Shown: in pieces, positions 1 through 8,098 of the stretch
Layout: every line of letters starts with the position of its first letter
Position numbering within the stretch: the first letter of the stretch is position 1
Assembly (NCBI RefSeq): GCF_000148385.1
Contig: NC_014537.1
Coordinates: 90,001-122,000, forward strand
Reading direction: 5' to 3'
DNA: 32,000 bases
Source: Vulcanisaeta distributa DSM 14429
GTDB lineage: Archaea; Thermoproteota; Thermoprotei; Thermoproteales; Thermocladiaceae
Notes under the pieces: generated by a model
Told to the model about the DNA's origin: nothing
The model's input: the letters and a program-made list of their open reading frames with translations, nothing else
The model's database searches: none
Position numbers and translations under genes: made by a program

Positions 1-427
1 CATACGTAATGTTACTACCAAGCACCCTAACGGCCTTATTATACAACCTAGCCCTCAACTCCTCAACGGCGCCAAGCACCGCGCCCGCCGTGAATACGGC
101 CATGCGGCTACCACCAGGCCCAAAGGCCTCTGGACTCTCATCACTTGGTAAGTACTCATACGTGACCCAGTCCATGGGCACATCAAGGAGTTGGGACACG
201 AGCTTAACCGCCGCGTGCTCATTACCCTGACCCTCACCACCAAACCCAAGCCCAACGATTATCCTACCATTCTTAATCCTCAACTTAATACCCTCTGTAC
301 CCTGCGGTGTTGATGGGTCTGTCGACACTGCAATACCAACACCCGTATTCTCATCCCTCAGGGAGAACAAGTCGTTACGTGACAGGGCAAGTTCAAGATG
401 GAAAACACACTCAAAGAGGGAGGATTT
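1..427 (-). pseudogene. 5'-truncated fragment (or split C-terminal half) of a molybdopterin-binding large subunit of the xanthine dehydrogenase / CO dehydrogenase family (CoxL/CutA-like); continues past the left edge
   Basis: This is my own translation of a minus frame that is absent from the ORF track because it leaves the window: ..LFSLRDENTGVGIAVSTDPSTPQGTEGIKLRIKNGRIIVGLGFGGEGQGNEHAAVKLVSQLLDVPMDWVTYEYLPSDESPEAFGPGGSRMAVFTAGAVLGAVEELRARLYNKAVRVLGSNITY. It matches the mid-protein block of Mo-hydroxylase large subunits (recalled bovine XDH: [55 protein letters not shown]). That block normally lies about 400 aa into the protein. Here the frame is closed by TGA at 428-430, and only TTG (370) or GTG (328) could serve as a start. 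Confidence 0.6.
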
Positions 428-1955
428 TCAGTCTCGTGGACTCTGAGCAGGGTACTGGGCAGTTCAGAGTTATTATCGCTCTTGCTATCTTTTCTGCCTT
501 CCTTTCGTTGTTCTCACTTATTGCATCCTCATACATTTTTCTCAATGCGCCACAGATTTTAATTAAGAGCTCTGGGCTCCTCTTTGCTTGTCCTTTATTT
601 ATATAGATTTCAAATCCTCCACGGGCCTCCCTCAACTTAGCTTCATACCCAGCCCTTCTTAGGGCTTCCTGAATCGCCCTGGCATCCTCAAGCCTTCTAC
701 GCCAAGCCCTAAGCTCCACATAACCGGCGTCTCTCACGTTTATGTTCATCCATACGTCATCAATAATCTCAATCATTGACCTACCGTGTGGCTTAACCCT
801 CATACTAGCCAGTGTAATTAAGTTCCTGAGTTTATCCGCATCGGGTAATTGACTAAGGCACTCAACTATTACTTTAACCAACGCATTATTAAGCCACTCC
901 TTGGCAAGCGCAACAGCCTTGGAGCTACGTAGCTCATACCGTTTAGTATTTCTACTACCGTAATTCTTGAAGCCAAGACTTTCCATCATCTCAATAATAC
1001 CTTTCCATAATTCGTGTTTTGAACCGCCAATTGTGATATCGATAACCTTCTTTTTCCTCTTGATATAGATGTTACCATCCCCGAGAACAGCGAATAATAA
1101 GAACGTTAAGAATTCGTCATAGTTAAGCTTGAGGACTTTCTTGGTGATCTTAGCCTTGCTTTTAAACTTAGTCTTATGGCTAATAGCCCTTAATTCCCAC
1201 TTAACCTTTACATCGCCATTGTTGAGATTCACACCATCTATGGCCAGGCGGACCTTACCTGGGTAAGCCAGCGAGAAAACTATAATTTGCCAAAGATGGT
1301 TAGTGTTCATTTTTGGATAGCCATCCTTATCGATCGTACCATCCGTTAAAAGTAAGCCGTACTCTGCTGGCTTTAATAAATTATTGCTAAGTAATCTAGG
1401 TGCAACTATGTATATGCCTTTGCGTCCGATTAGCCGTAGCGTTATTGTTATACTACCCGATACAGCGACTCTCTCGATAGCGACAGAAAGATGTCTTGCG
1501 CGTAAATTTACAATGAAACTTTTGTTTTTATTTAATGCATCGCCTTTTATAAGAACTGTTACTTCACCCTTCATCAATTTAACTATTAGTTCTTCAAGTT
1601 CACTTCGGTACTTGGATAACCATGCCTCTCTTACTTGCTGTGCTAGTTCTCTAATCCCCATACTTAACTCATACATGGTCTTCCTTAGCTCGGCAACACT
1701 TCTATCATTACCCGCTTCGATATTCGTCTCGATCTTCTTTAGCCATTCATTTAGTGCACTAATAGTGTGGTCAAATGGTGTTATTAAATTGCTGAGCAGA
1801 ATAGCTTTGTGCTTCTCAACGCGATTAAGGAATTCGTTTATTAATTTCATTACTTCCTCGGTAGTTCTTGGATCGCCGACTTCCTCGTCACACCTTAACC
1901 TCTTCTCGTCCTTGACTTTAATGTCCCAGCAAATCCTCAAGCCATTAAGAGCCAT
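411..1955 (-). CDS. Free-standing double-motif LAGLIDADG-like protein with an N-terminal coiled-coil region and a basic C-terminal extension; possibly the PaREP2-type repeated family of Thermoproteales
   Basis: A 514-aa ORF carries two LAGLIDADG-like motifs about 90 aa apart: AEYGLLLTDGTIDKDGY and FLTFLLFAVLGDGNIYI. An AT-rich non-coding region lies upstream (1956-2283). The ORF is not in frame with any flanking host protein. The PaREP2 assignment is from memory only and is unverified. Confidence 0.55.
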   Translation of the reverse strand: MALNGLRICWDIKVKDEKRLRCDEEVGDPRTTEEVMKLINEFLNRVEKHKAILLSNLITPFDHTISALNEWLKKIETNIEAGNDRSVAELRKTMYELSMGIRELAQQVREAWLSKYRSELEELIVKLMKGEVTVLIKGDALNKNKSFIVNLRARHLSVAIERVAVSGSITITLRLIGRKGIYIVAPRLLSNNLLKPAEYGLLLTDGTIDKDGYPKMNTNHLWQIIVFSLAYPGKVRLAIDGVNLNNGDVKVKWELRAISHKTKFKSKAKITKKVLKLNYDEFLTFLLFAVLGDGNIYIKRKKKVIDITIGGSKHELWKGIIEMMESLGFKNYGSRNTKRYELRSSKAVALAKEWLNNALVKVIVECLSQLPDADKLRNLITLASMRVKPHGRSMIEIIDDVWMNINVRDAGYVELRAWRRRLEDARAIQEALRRAGYEAKLREARGGFEIYINKGQAKRSPELLIKICGALRKMYEDAISENNERKAEKIARAIITLNCPVPCSESTRLKILPL

Positions 1956-2253
1956 GAAACATCCATAAGATTATTTACCAACTAAATTTAATAAACTACT
2001 ACCAACCTAATACTGAATTAACTTAAGCATGAGATTGAAAATAACGAAAACTCAAGGGCAGCAAACACAACACCACGTATTAGGCATAAGCCTCATAATG
2101 CATGACATTAAAGGTAATGATTATTATTAGCAGGACTTAGTGTTTCGTGAATAACCCCTTACCTTACTCTTTCGTTATTAAGTGAGTATAACCAGAACCT
2201 TGGGACACTTAAGGACTGACTTTGCTACTTCCAGTATGATACACACCTTATAC

Positions 2254-2262
2254 TTTAAATAA
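2254..2262 (+). promoter_or_regulatory. TATA-box-like element (tttaaataa) about 26 nt upstream of the ATG at 2284, consistent with a leaderless transcript
   Basis: An AT-rich octamer sits at the spacing typical of crenarchaeal leaderless promoters. Position is the only evidence. Confidence 0.35.
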
Positions 2263-2283
2263 TGCACTTTTAATGATTAGGCT

Positions 2284-2805
2284 ATGCCAATCGTGAGGGT
2301 TGGGGATAAGGTACCGAGGATTGGTAGGAACGTCTTCATAGCGAGTACGGCCTACGTAATTGGGGACGTGGTTATTGGGGATAATGTGAGTATCTGGCCT
2401 CACGCGGTCATTAGGGGTGATGAGGACAGTATTGTGATTGGGGATAACTCAAATATTCAGGATGGCGCGGTGATACATACGGATGTTGGGTTTCCCGCTA
2501 GGATTGGTCGTGGCGTAACAATTGGGCATAGGGCAATTGTTCACGGAGCCACTGTGGAAGATGAGGTGATAATTGGTATGGGCGCCATTGTGCTAAATGG
2601 CGCGGTGATTGGTAGTGGGAGTATTGTTGGGGCTGGCGCTGTTGTTACCCAGGGAACTAAGATACCGCCTAACAGCATCGTTGTTGGTGTGCCGGCTAAG
2701 GTCGTTAGGCAGGCCACGGATGCCGATAGGGAGTACATTAGGAATAATTACCAGGCCTATCTCAGGCTTGCGAGGATGTACATGGACAATGGAGTTAACC
2801 TATAA
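2284..2805 (+). CDS. Gamma-class carbonic anhydrase / hexapeptide-repeat (LbH) family protein (Cam/YrdA/PaaY-like)
   Basis: The 173-aa ORF has left-handed beta-helix hexapeptide repeats: VIGDVVIGDNVSIWPHAVIRGDEDSIVIGDNSNIQDGAVIHTD..GRGVTIGHRAIVHGATVEDEVIIGMGAIVLNGAVIGSGSIVGAGAVV. Its His residues are in the positions expected for gamma-CA. Confidence 0.85.
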   Translation: MPIVRVGDKVPRIGRNVFIASTAYVIGDVVIGDNVSIWPHAVIRGDEDSIVIGDNSNIQDGAVIHTDVGFPARIGRGVTIGHRAIVHGATVEDEVIIGMGAIVLNGAVIGSGSIVGAGAVVTQGTKIPPNSIVVGVPAKVVRQATDADREYIRNNYQAYLRLARMYMDNGVNL

Positions 2806-2807
2806 CC

Positions 2808-3920
2808 ATGACATGCATATCATTAATAACCGACGGCATTGATGGCATCACGGGCCCCATACGGGTCGCCTACTTACTTGGCCGTTTCCTCATTGGGCTG
2901 GGCGTTGACGTTAATGTGGTTTCTCCATACGTGAGGGAGGATGTGAGGAGGGATTTTGAATACGTTGGTATCAAAGTAAGGGACTTGGGAATTAAGCCCC
3001 TGCTCCCTGGCCAGGCTGGGCATCTCTCGATATGGTTAATAAATGGTGTAAAGGGGTTGATTAATTACGGCGATGATTGTTTATCAATCAATCTATCCTT
3101 CGAATTACCAATACCATCAACCGTATTCTACGCACAGGGCTACGTGGGTGATCTACTCAGGGATTTAAGCCAGGTATTCCCCATTTACTATAGATTGAGT
3201 TATTACATCGCGCTACCGTTGATTAATACAGCTGATTCCACCTACCATAGGGCTCTTTCATTCTCTAAATACGTAATAGCTAACTCGAGATATTCAGCGG
3301 AGGCCGTAATGTCGAGGGGCGTTAGGGTTTGGGGCGTGATAAACCCACCCGTGGATACGGAATTATTCAAGCCCGTGCCCAACCCCACACAGGATTATGT
3401 ATTAACCTACGTGGGTAAGGAAACCCAGTTTGACGTATTGAAGGCCATGGCCAACGCTGGAATTAGGATAGTGGCCTTTGGCTCTAAGGTTCCCTGGATG
3501 CCGCGCTGGTTCATTAAGCATCAGAACATTGATTATAGGGGTAGGGTTAGCGATGATGAGTTGGCTAGGTTATACGCCAACGCCAGGTTCACAGTTTTCC
3601 CATTCATACATGAACCGTTTGGGTATGTACCTGTTGAGTCCATGGCGTGTGGAACCCCGGTCCTTACCTATGATAAGCAGGGGCCTGGTGAGACGGTCAT
3701 TAATAATGAGACGGGTTGGTTGGTGAGAGGTCCGGAGGATCTTATTAGGCTGGCGATTAAGTTGTGGTTTAATGGTTATGATGAATCAATGAGGATTAAG
3801 GCTAGGGAGAGGGCTATGGCGTTCAGCGTTACTAAGATAATCAATGAATGGCTAGGTATAATTAATAGGTCTATTCATAGTAGGGACGAGGATAAAAATA
3901 ATAAGGAACTAGAATATTGA
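2808..3920 (+). CDS. GT-B fold glycosyltransferase, family 4-like
   Basis: The 370-aa ORF has a C-terminal E-x7-E region, FIHEPFGYVPVESMACGTPVLTYDKQGPGETV, typical of GT4. It starts 2 nt after the preceding gene. Confidence 0.8.
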   Translation: MTCISLITDGIDGITGPIRVAYLLGRFLIGLGVDVNVVSPYVREDVRRDFEYVGIKVRDLGIKPLLPGQAGHLSIWLINGVKGLINYGDDCLSINLSFELPIPSTVFYAQGYVGDLLRDLSQVFPIYYRLSYYIALPLINTADSTYHRALSFSKYVIANSRYSAEAVMSRGVRVWGVINPPVDTELFKPVPNPTQDYVLTYVGKETQFDVLKAMANAGIRIVAFGSKVPWMPRWFIKHQNIDYRGRVSDDELARLYANARFTVFPFIHEPFGYVPVESMACGTPVLTYDKQGPGETVINNETGWLVRGPEDLIRLAIKLWFNGYDESMRIKARERAMAFSVTKIINEWLGIINRSIHSRDEDKNNKELEY

Positions 3921-3929
3921 GTCAAAGGA

Positions 3930-5351
3930 ATGAGCAGTAAACTCACATTTCACTTCGGAACAGACGGTGTTAGGGGTGTAATTGATGAGGAATTCACGGA
4001 TTTCCTCGTGGCTGTTCTTGCTGAGTCCACCTTTCGTTATTGGTCGAGTAAATACGGGCTTCATAAGGTCTTCGTTAGCTTTGATGCGAGGAGGAAGTCC
4101 AGGGATTTCGCGCACATTGTGGCTAGTGTGGCCGTGAATCACGGCTTGGATGTGGTGATGGTTAACAAGCCAACACCAACACCGACAGCCGCCTGGTTTG
4201 GTTCTCGCTTTGGTTTTGACCTCACAATACAGATCACCGCAAGCCACAACCCACCAATATACAACGGCTTCAAGGTAATAACGAACAAAGGATCGCCAGC
4301 CCAGGAGGAGGACACAGACGAGATAGAGAGGCTTTATAGTAATGAGTATGAGGATATCAACAGGTCAGTCAAAACACTTGAATTAAGGCCGATACCGACG
4401 GTGGACCCAGCCCCTGAGTACATTAACTATGTTTATGAGAGTGTGATCAAGATGTTTAAGCCCAGGAGTAGGTTTAAGATCATTATTGACCCCATATACG
4501 CAACATCAATAGGCTATACAAGCGAGGTTTTGCGGAGACTCGGCATGGAGGTTACGGAGATACATAATAATTACGACCCAAGCTTTGGAGGTAGGGATCC
4601 AAACCCAGAGCCGCAGAACATACCCGAGCTTATCCAGGAGGTTACGGCTGGTAAGTACGACATTGGCATCTCGCATGATGGTGACTCTGACAGGATAGCC
4701 CTCGTTGATAGGGTTCACGGGTACTTAAGTGCCAATGATATTCTGCCGATAGTCGTTGAGAGGTTGGCATCGGCATCAATGATTAAGAGGGGTATTGTTA
4801 GGACGGTATCCACGACGCACATATTAGATAACATAGCTGCTAAGTATGGGTTTAAGGTCGTTGAGGTTCCCGTGGGTGTTAAGTACGTGGCCAGGGCAAT
4901 ACTGAGTGGTGAGGCTGACATGGGTGGTGAGGAGAGTGGGGGCCTTGTTTATTCATGGCATATACCCGATAAGGACGGTATATACACGGCATCCTTAATA
5001 GTAGCCATGGCGTCCGAGTACGGAGGCCTAACGAACTTAATAAGTGATGTCAGGAGTAAGTATGGCAGGGCCTACTTCAAGAGGGTTGACCTTGATATGA
5101 GGAATTCGAAAAAGTTCGTAAGTGATAACAGGGAGACACTCCTCAAAATGCTGAGTTCACTGGGTCCAAGCCCAAGGCCCATAACCATTGATGGTGTTAA
5201 GGTTGTCTTTGGTGATGGTTCCTGGATCCTAATCAGGGGTAGCGGCACAGAGCCTAAGCTGAGGATATACAGCGAGGCCCTGAGCATGGGTAGGGTTGAG
5301 GAGTTAATAAATAATGCAATAGACATTGTTAATAAATTATTAAGGCAGTAA
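3930..5351 (+). CDS. Phosphohexomutase (phosphoglucomutase / phosphomannomutase / GlmM family)
   Basis: The ORF has the N-terminal FGTDGVRG motif, the catalytic loop TASHNPPIYNGFK, the metal loop SHDGDSDR, the sugar loop GGEESGG and a C-terminal RGSGTEP motif. Confidence 0.9.
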   Translation: MSSKLTFHFGTDGVRGVIDEEFTDFLVAVLAESTFRYWSSKYGLHKVFVSFDARRKSRDFAHIVASVAVNHGLDVVMVNKPTPTPTAAWFGSRFGFDLTIQITASHNPPIYNGFKVITNKGSPAQEEDTDEIERLYSNEYEDINRSVKTLELRPIPTVDPAPEYINYVYESVIKMFKPRSRFKIIIDPIYATSIGYTSEVLRRLGMEVTEIHNNYDPSFGGRDPNPEPQNIPELIQEVTAGKYDIGISHDGDSDRIALVDRVHGYLSANDILPIVVERLASASMIKRGIVRTVSTTHILDNIAAKYGFKVVEVPVGVKYVARAILSGEADMGGEESGGLVYSWHIPDKDGIYTASLIVAMASEYGGLTNLISDVRSKYGRAYFKRVDLDMRNSKKFVSDNRETLLKMLSSLGPSPRPITIDGVKVVFGDGSWILIRGSGTEPKLRIYSEALSMGRVEELINNAIDIVNKLLRQ

Positions 5352-5362
5352 ACGGTTTAGGA

Positions 5363-6475
5363 CTAGGTCGACTTAACCTTGATCATCTTCTCCCTTAGGC
5401 TTTGAACTAACTTCTCATCAGCCCTAGCCAGCGCCTCGGCCAGTAACCTGGATGCGTTGAGCGCATCATTAATGCTCAGCAACTCCACGGGGCTATGAAC
5501 ATACCTAGTGGGTATTGATATCGTGGTCGCCGGTATGCCATCCCTCCTAAAGGCGATCCCCAGGGCATCCGTCGTACCGCCAATCAACACCTCCAGTTGA
5601 TATGGTATCTTCAAATCCTCGGCAACAGACACAAGGAAGTTCGTTAATGCCGGATGGGCAATGAACACATTGCCCCTACCACCATCCATAACCTTAATCG
5701 CTGGTCCCTTACCAACCCTAGTCACGAACTCACGCTCATTGACGCCAGGCACGTCGGCCGCAATCGTAGTATCAAGGGCAATCGCGAAGTCCGGGTAGAC
5801 CCTATCAGCAGCGATCTGAGCACCCCTAAGACCAACCTCCTCCTGAACCGTGGCCACGAAGTACACGGTAACCTCACTGCCTCTTAACTGCCTCGCAGCC
5901 CACAACATCACGGCCACACCAACCCTATCATCAAACGCCTTACCCGTGACAATACCCCCGTTAAGTACCTCGAAATCCCTATCGAGGACAGCCACGGAAC
6001 CAACCCTAACACCCAGTTTCCTAACCTCATCATCGCTTGACGCTCCAATGTCTATGAATAGGTCCTTGAGTTCAGGGGCCTCCCTCTCCTTGCCAGGTGG
6101 TGTAACGTGAGGCGGCCTACTACCGATGACGCCCTTGATCTTCTTACCGTCAACAGTCTTAATAATGACTCTCTGCCCAACCAACGTCACTTCATTCCAA
6201 CCACCAATTGCCCTGAATCGTAAGAACCCATTCTTATCAATATTATCGATTAATAGCCCAATCTCATCAATGTGCGCAGCAACCATGGCCTTCAAGTCCC
6301 TCCTACTCCCGTACCGAACCCCAATCACATTACCCCACTTATCAACCATTAAATCATCGACGTAAGGCTCCAACTCCTTAATAACCAGGTCCCTAACCTC
6401 ATCCTCAAAACCCGAAGGCCCAAAGGCCTCACTCAACCTCCTGAGTAGGTCTATAAACTCCTGCGAGCTCATCAA
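5363..6475 (-). CDS. M42 family metallo-aminopeptidase (TET / FrvX-like)
   Basis: The 370-aa ORF has an N-terminus LLRRLSEAFGPSGFEDEVRDLV..DKWGNVIG and the motifs AHIDEIG, KAFDDRVG and VQEEVGLRGA, all typical of M42. Confidence 0.85.
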   Translation of the reverse strand: MMSSQEFIDLLRRLSEAFGPSGFEDEVRDLVIKELEPYVDDLMVDKWGNVIGVRYGSRRDLKAMVAAHIDEIGLLIDNIDKNGFLRFRAIGGWNEVTLVGQRVIIKTVDGKKIKGVIGSRPPHVTPPGKEREAPELKDLFIDIGASSDDEVRKLGVRVGSVAVLDRDFEVLNGGIVTGKAFDDRVGVAVMLWAARQLRGSEVTVYFVATVQEEVGLRGAQIAADRVYPDFAIALDTTIAADVPGVNEREFVTRVGKGPAIKVMDGGRGNVFIAHPALTNFLVSVAEDLKIPYQLEVLIGGTTDALGIAFRRDGIPATTISIPTRYVHSPVELLSINDALNASRLLAEALARADEKLVQSLREKMIKVKST

Positions 6476-6554
6476 TGAATTAGGGCTCCACGGTCTTTAA
6501 AGCATATCCTCATTAGGGGTTAGGTAAGTTACAATTTTATTAAGCAGCGGTTCA

Positions 6555-8000
6555 TCATGGGTTAAGCATTGGGACCATTGCAACGAAGTAGAGGATAAAT
6601 ATCAACGTTATTATTAATGTCGTAACTGAGATCTCGCGGAATTTGCCAGTAACGAGCTTGGTCAGTGTATATGTTATGAAGGCTAGGCCGATGCCCGTGG
6701 CTATGCTGTAAGTAAGTGGTATGCTTATCATAGCCACAAAGGCCGGTATCGCCTCGGTTAGGTCGTTAAAGTTTATCCTTGGTATTAACGACACAAACAT
6801 CAAACCCACCAGTATTAGTACTGGCGCCGTTGCGCAGTCGGGTATCATAACCACTATGGGCCCTAGCGGTAGGAACGCGAGGAATAATAACCCAGTCACG
6901 AGCGACGTTAACCCAGTCCTCCCACCACTCTCTATTCCGGATGCCGATTCCACGTAAATGACCGTTGTCGTGGTGCCAGCCAATGCGCCAATAATAGTGC
7001 CAATGGCGTCCGCATACAACGCCCTCCCTATATTAATGGGCCTACCACTGTCATCAACCAGGCCGGCCCTGTTGGATAAGCCCACTATTGTGCCTATACC
7101 ATCAAAGAACTCGATCATCCACAGTGAGAAGGCCACGGGAAAGGCTAGACTTACAAGCCTAAACCACCACTCAATGTTGTTGGGGAAGTTGGGTATTATT
7201 GACGTGGTGAACATTGGTGGCTGAACTAGAGTTGATGGAGGCTTAACCAAGCCAAGCCCAAGGCTTACCAGGGTTATCGTGACTATAGTTATCAGGAATG
7301 CGCCAGGCACCCTTCTAATGTAGAGGTATATCGCGAGTATGAGACCCACAAAGGCGAGTATTGATGATGGTGTTACAAAGGCCCTCGTATTGAAGGTAAC
7401 AGGCGTACCGCTACCCGGTATTACGAAACCGCCCAGTGAGAGCCCTATGAACGTTATGAATAATCCGATACCAACGCTGATACCAATGGATAAGTTGGGC
7501 GATATTGACTTAACGATCCTCTCCCTAATCCCTGACCATGCAGTGAATAGGAATATTAAGCCATCAATGAACACGGCAGTTATCGCGGTCATCAATGCTA
7601 TCACAGCCGCCTGAGGACCGACAATGCCCATGCCGAGTAGCACCGTTGTGAAGGCTGGGATCACGGAATACGCAATGAAGGAGTTCTCACCCATACCAGG
7701 GGCCATCGCGAAGGGTAATCTCGCGTAGAACGCCATGAATAGTGTTCCAAGGGAGGCCGCGATTGCCGTGCCTGCCGCAACGCCTAGTTTTACTGTGTAA
7801 ACCAACGCCTGGTACTGCGCACTTAATGTGTTCGTACCCAGCACATGCATTAGGGCTAGTTCAAACCCATCACCAACTATCGTTGGGTTCACGAATAATA
7901 TGTACGCCATTGTTAGAAACGTAGTCAACCCGGCTAAAACTTCCCTCCTGGGATTGACGTTAGTAACCGTTGGTGGTATTAACCAATTGATTAATGACAC
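6555..8000 (-). CDS. NCS2/AzgA-type purine (adenine/guanine/hypoxanthine) permease
   Basis: The 481-aa polytopic membrane protein has the N-terminal signature REVLAGLTTFLTMAYILFVNP and about 12 or more hydrophobic segments. Confidence 0.8.
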   Translation of the reverse strand: MSLINWLIPPTVTNVNPRREVLAGLTTFLTMAYILFVNPTIVGDGFELALMHVLGTNTLSAQYQALVYTVKLGVAAGTAIAASLGTLFMAFYARLPFAMAPGMGENSFIAYSVIPAFTTVLLGMGIVGPQAAVIALMTAITAVFIDGLIFLFTAWSGIRERIVKSISPNLSIGISVGIGLFITFIGLSLGGFVIPGSGTPVTFNTRAFVTPSSILAFVGLILAIYLYIRRVPGAFLITIVTITLVSLGLGLVKPPSTLVQPPMFTTSIIPNFPNNIEWWFRLVSLAFPVAFSLWMIEFFDGIGTIVGLSNRAGLVDDSGRPINIGRALYADAIGTIIGALAGTTTTVIYVESASGIESGGRTGLTSLVTGLLFLAFLPLGPIVVMIPDCATAPVLILVGLMFVSLIPRINFNDLTEAIPAFVAMISIPLTYSIATGIGLAFITYTLTKLVTGKFREISVTTLIITLIFILYFVAMVPMLNP

Positions 8001-8098
8001 GTTGAATGACGCTATTATCCAATCTTAAAAGCATTATTTCTAACATGAAGTATGATACATAATTTAGGCATTAATTACCTGGTTTTGATAAACACTGA

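Noticed and set aside
411-1955. The LAGLIDADG-like ORF might be an intein inside the CoxL-like gene.
   Set aside because: It is not in frame with the CoxL-like fragment: the frames differ by 1 nt and a TGA lies at 428-430. Upstream is AT-rich non-coding DNA rather than an N-extein. There is no terminal His-Asn followed by a Cys/Ser/Thr junction.
1384-1968. A 194-aa plus-strand ORF, with similar long antisense ORFs at 9608-10336 (+), 10571-11020 (-), 5654-6365 (+), 6721-7614 (+) and 26693-26980 (+).
   Set aside because: These are shadow ORFs opposite well-supported genes. Their translations are low-complexity (Ser/Pro/Thr/Leu-rich) and have no motifs.
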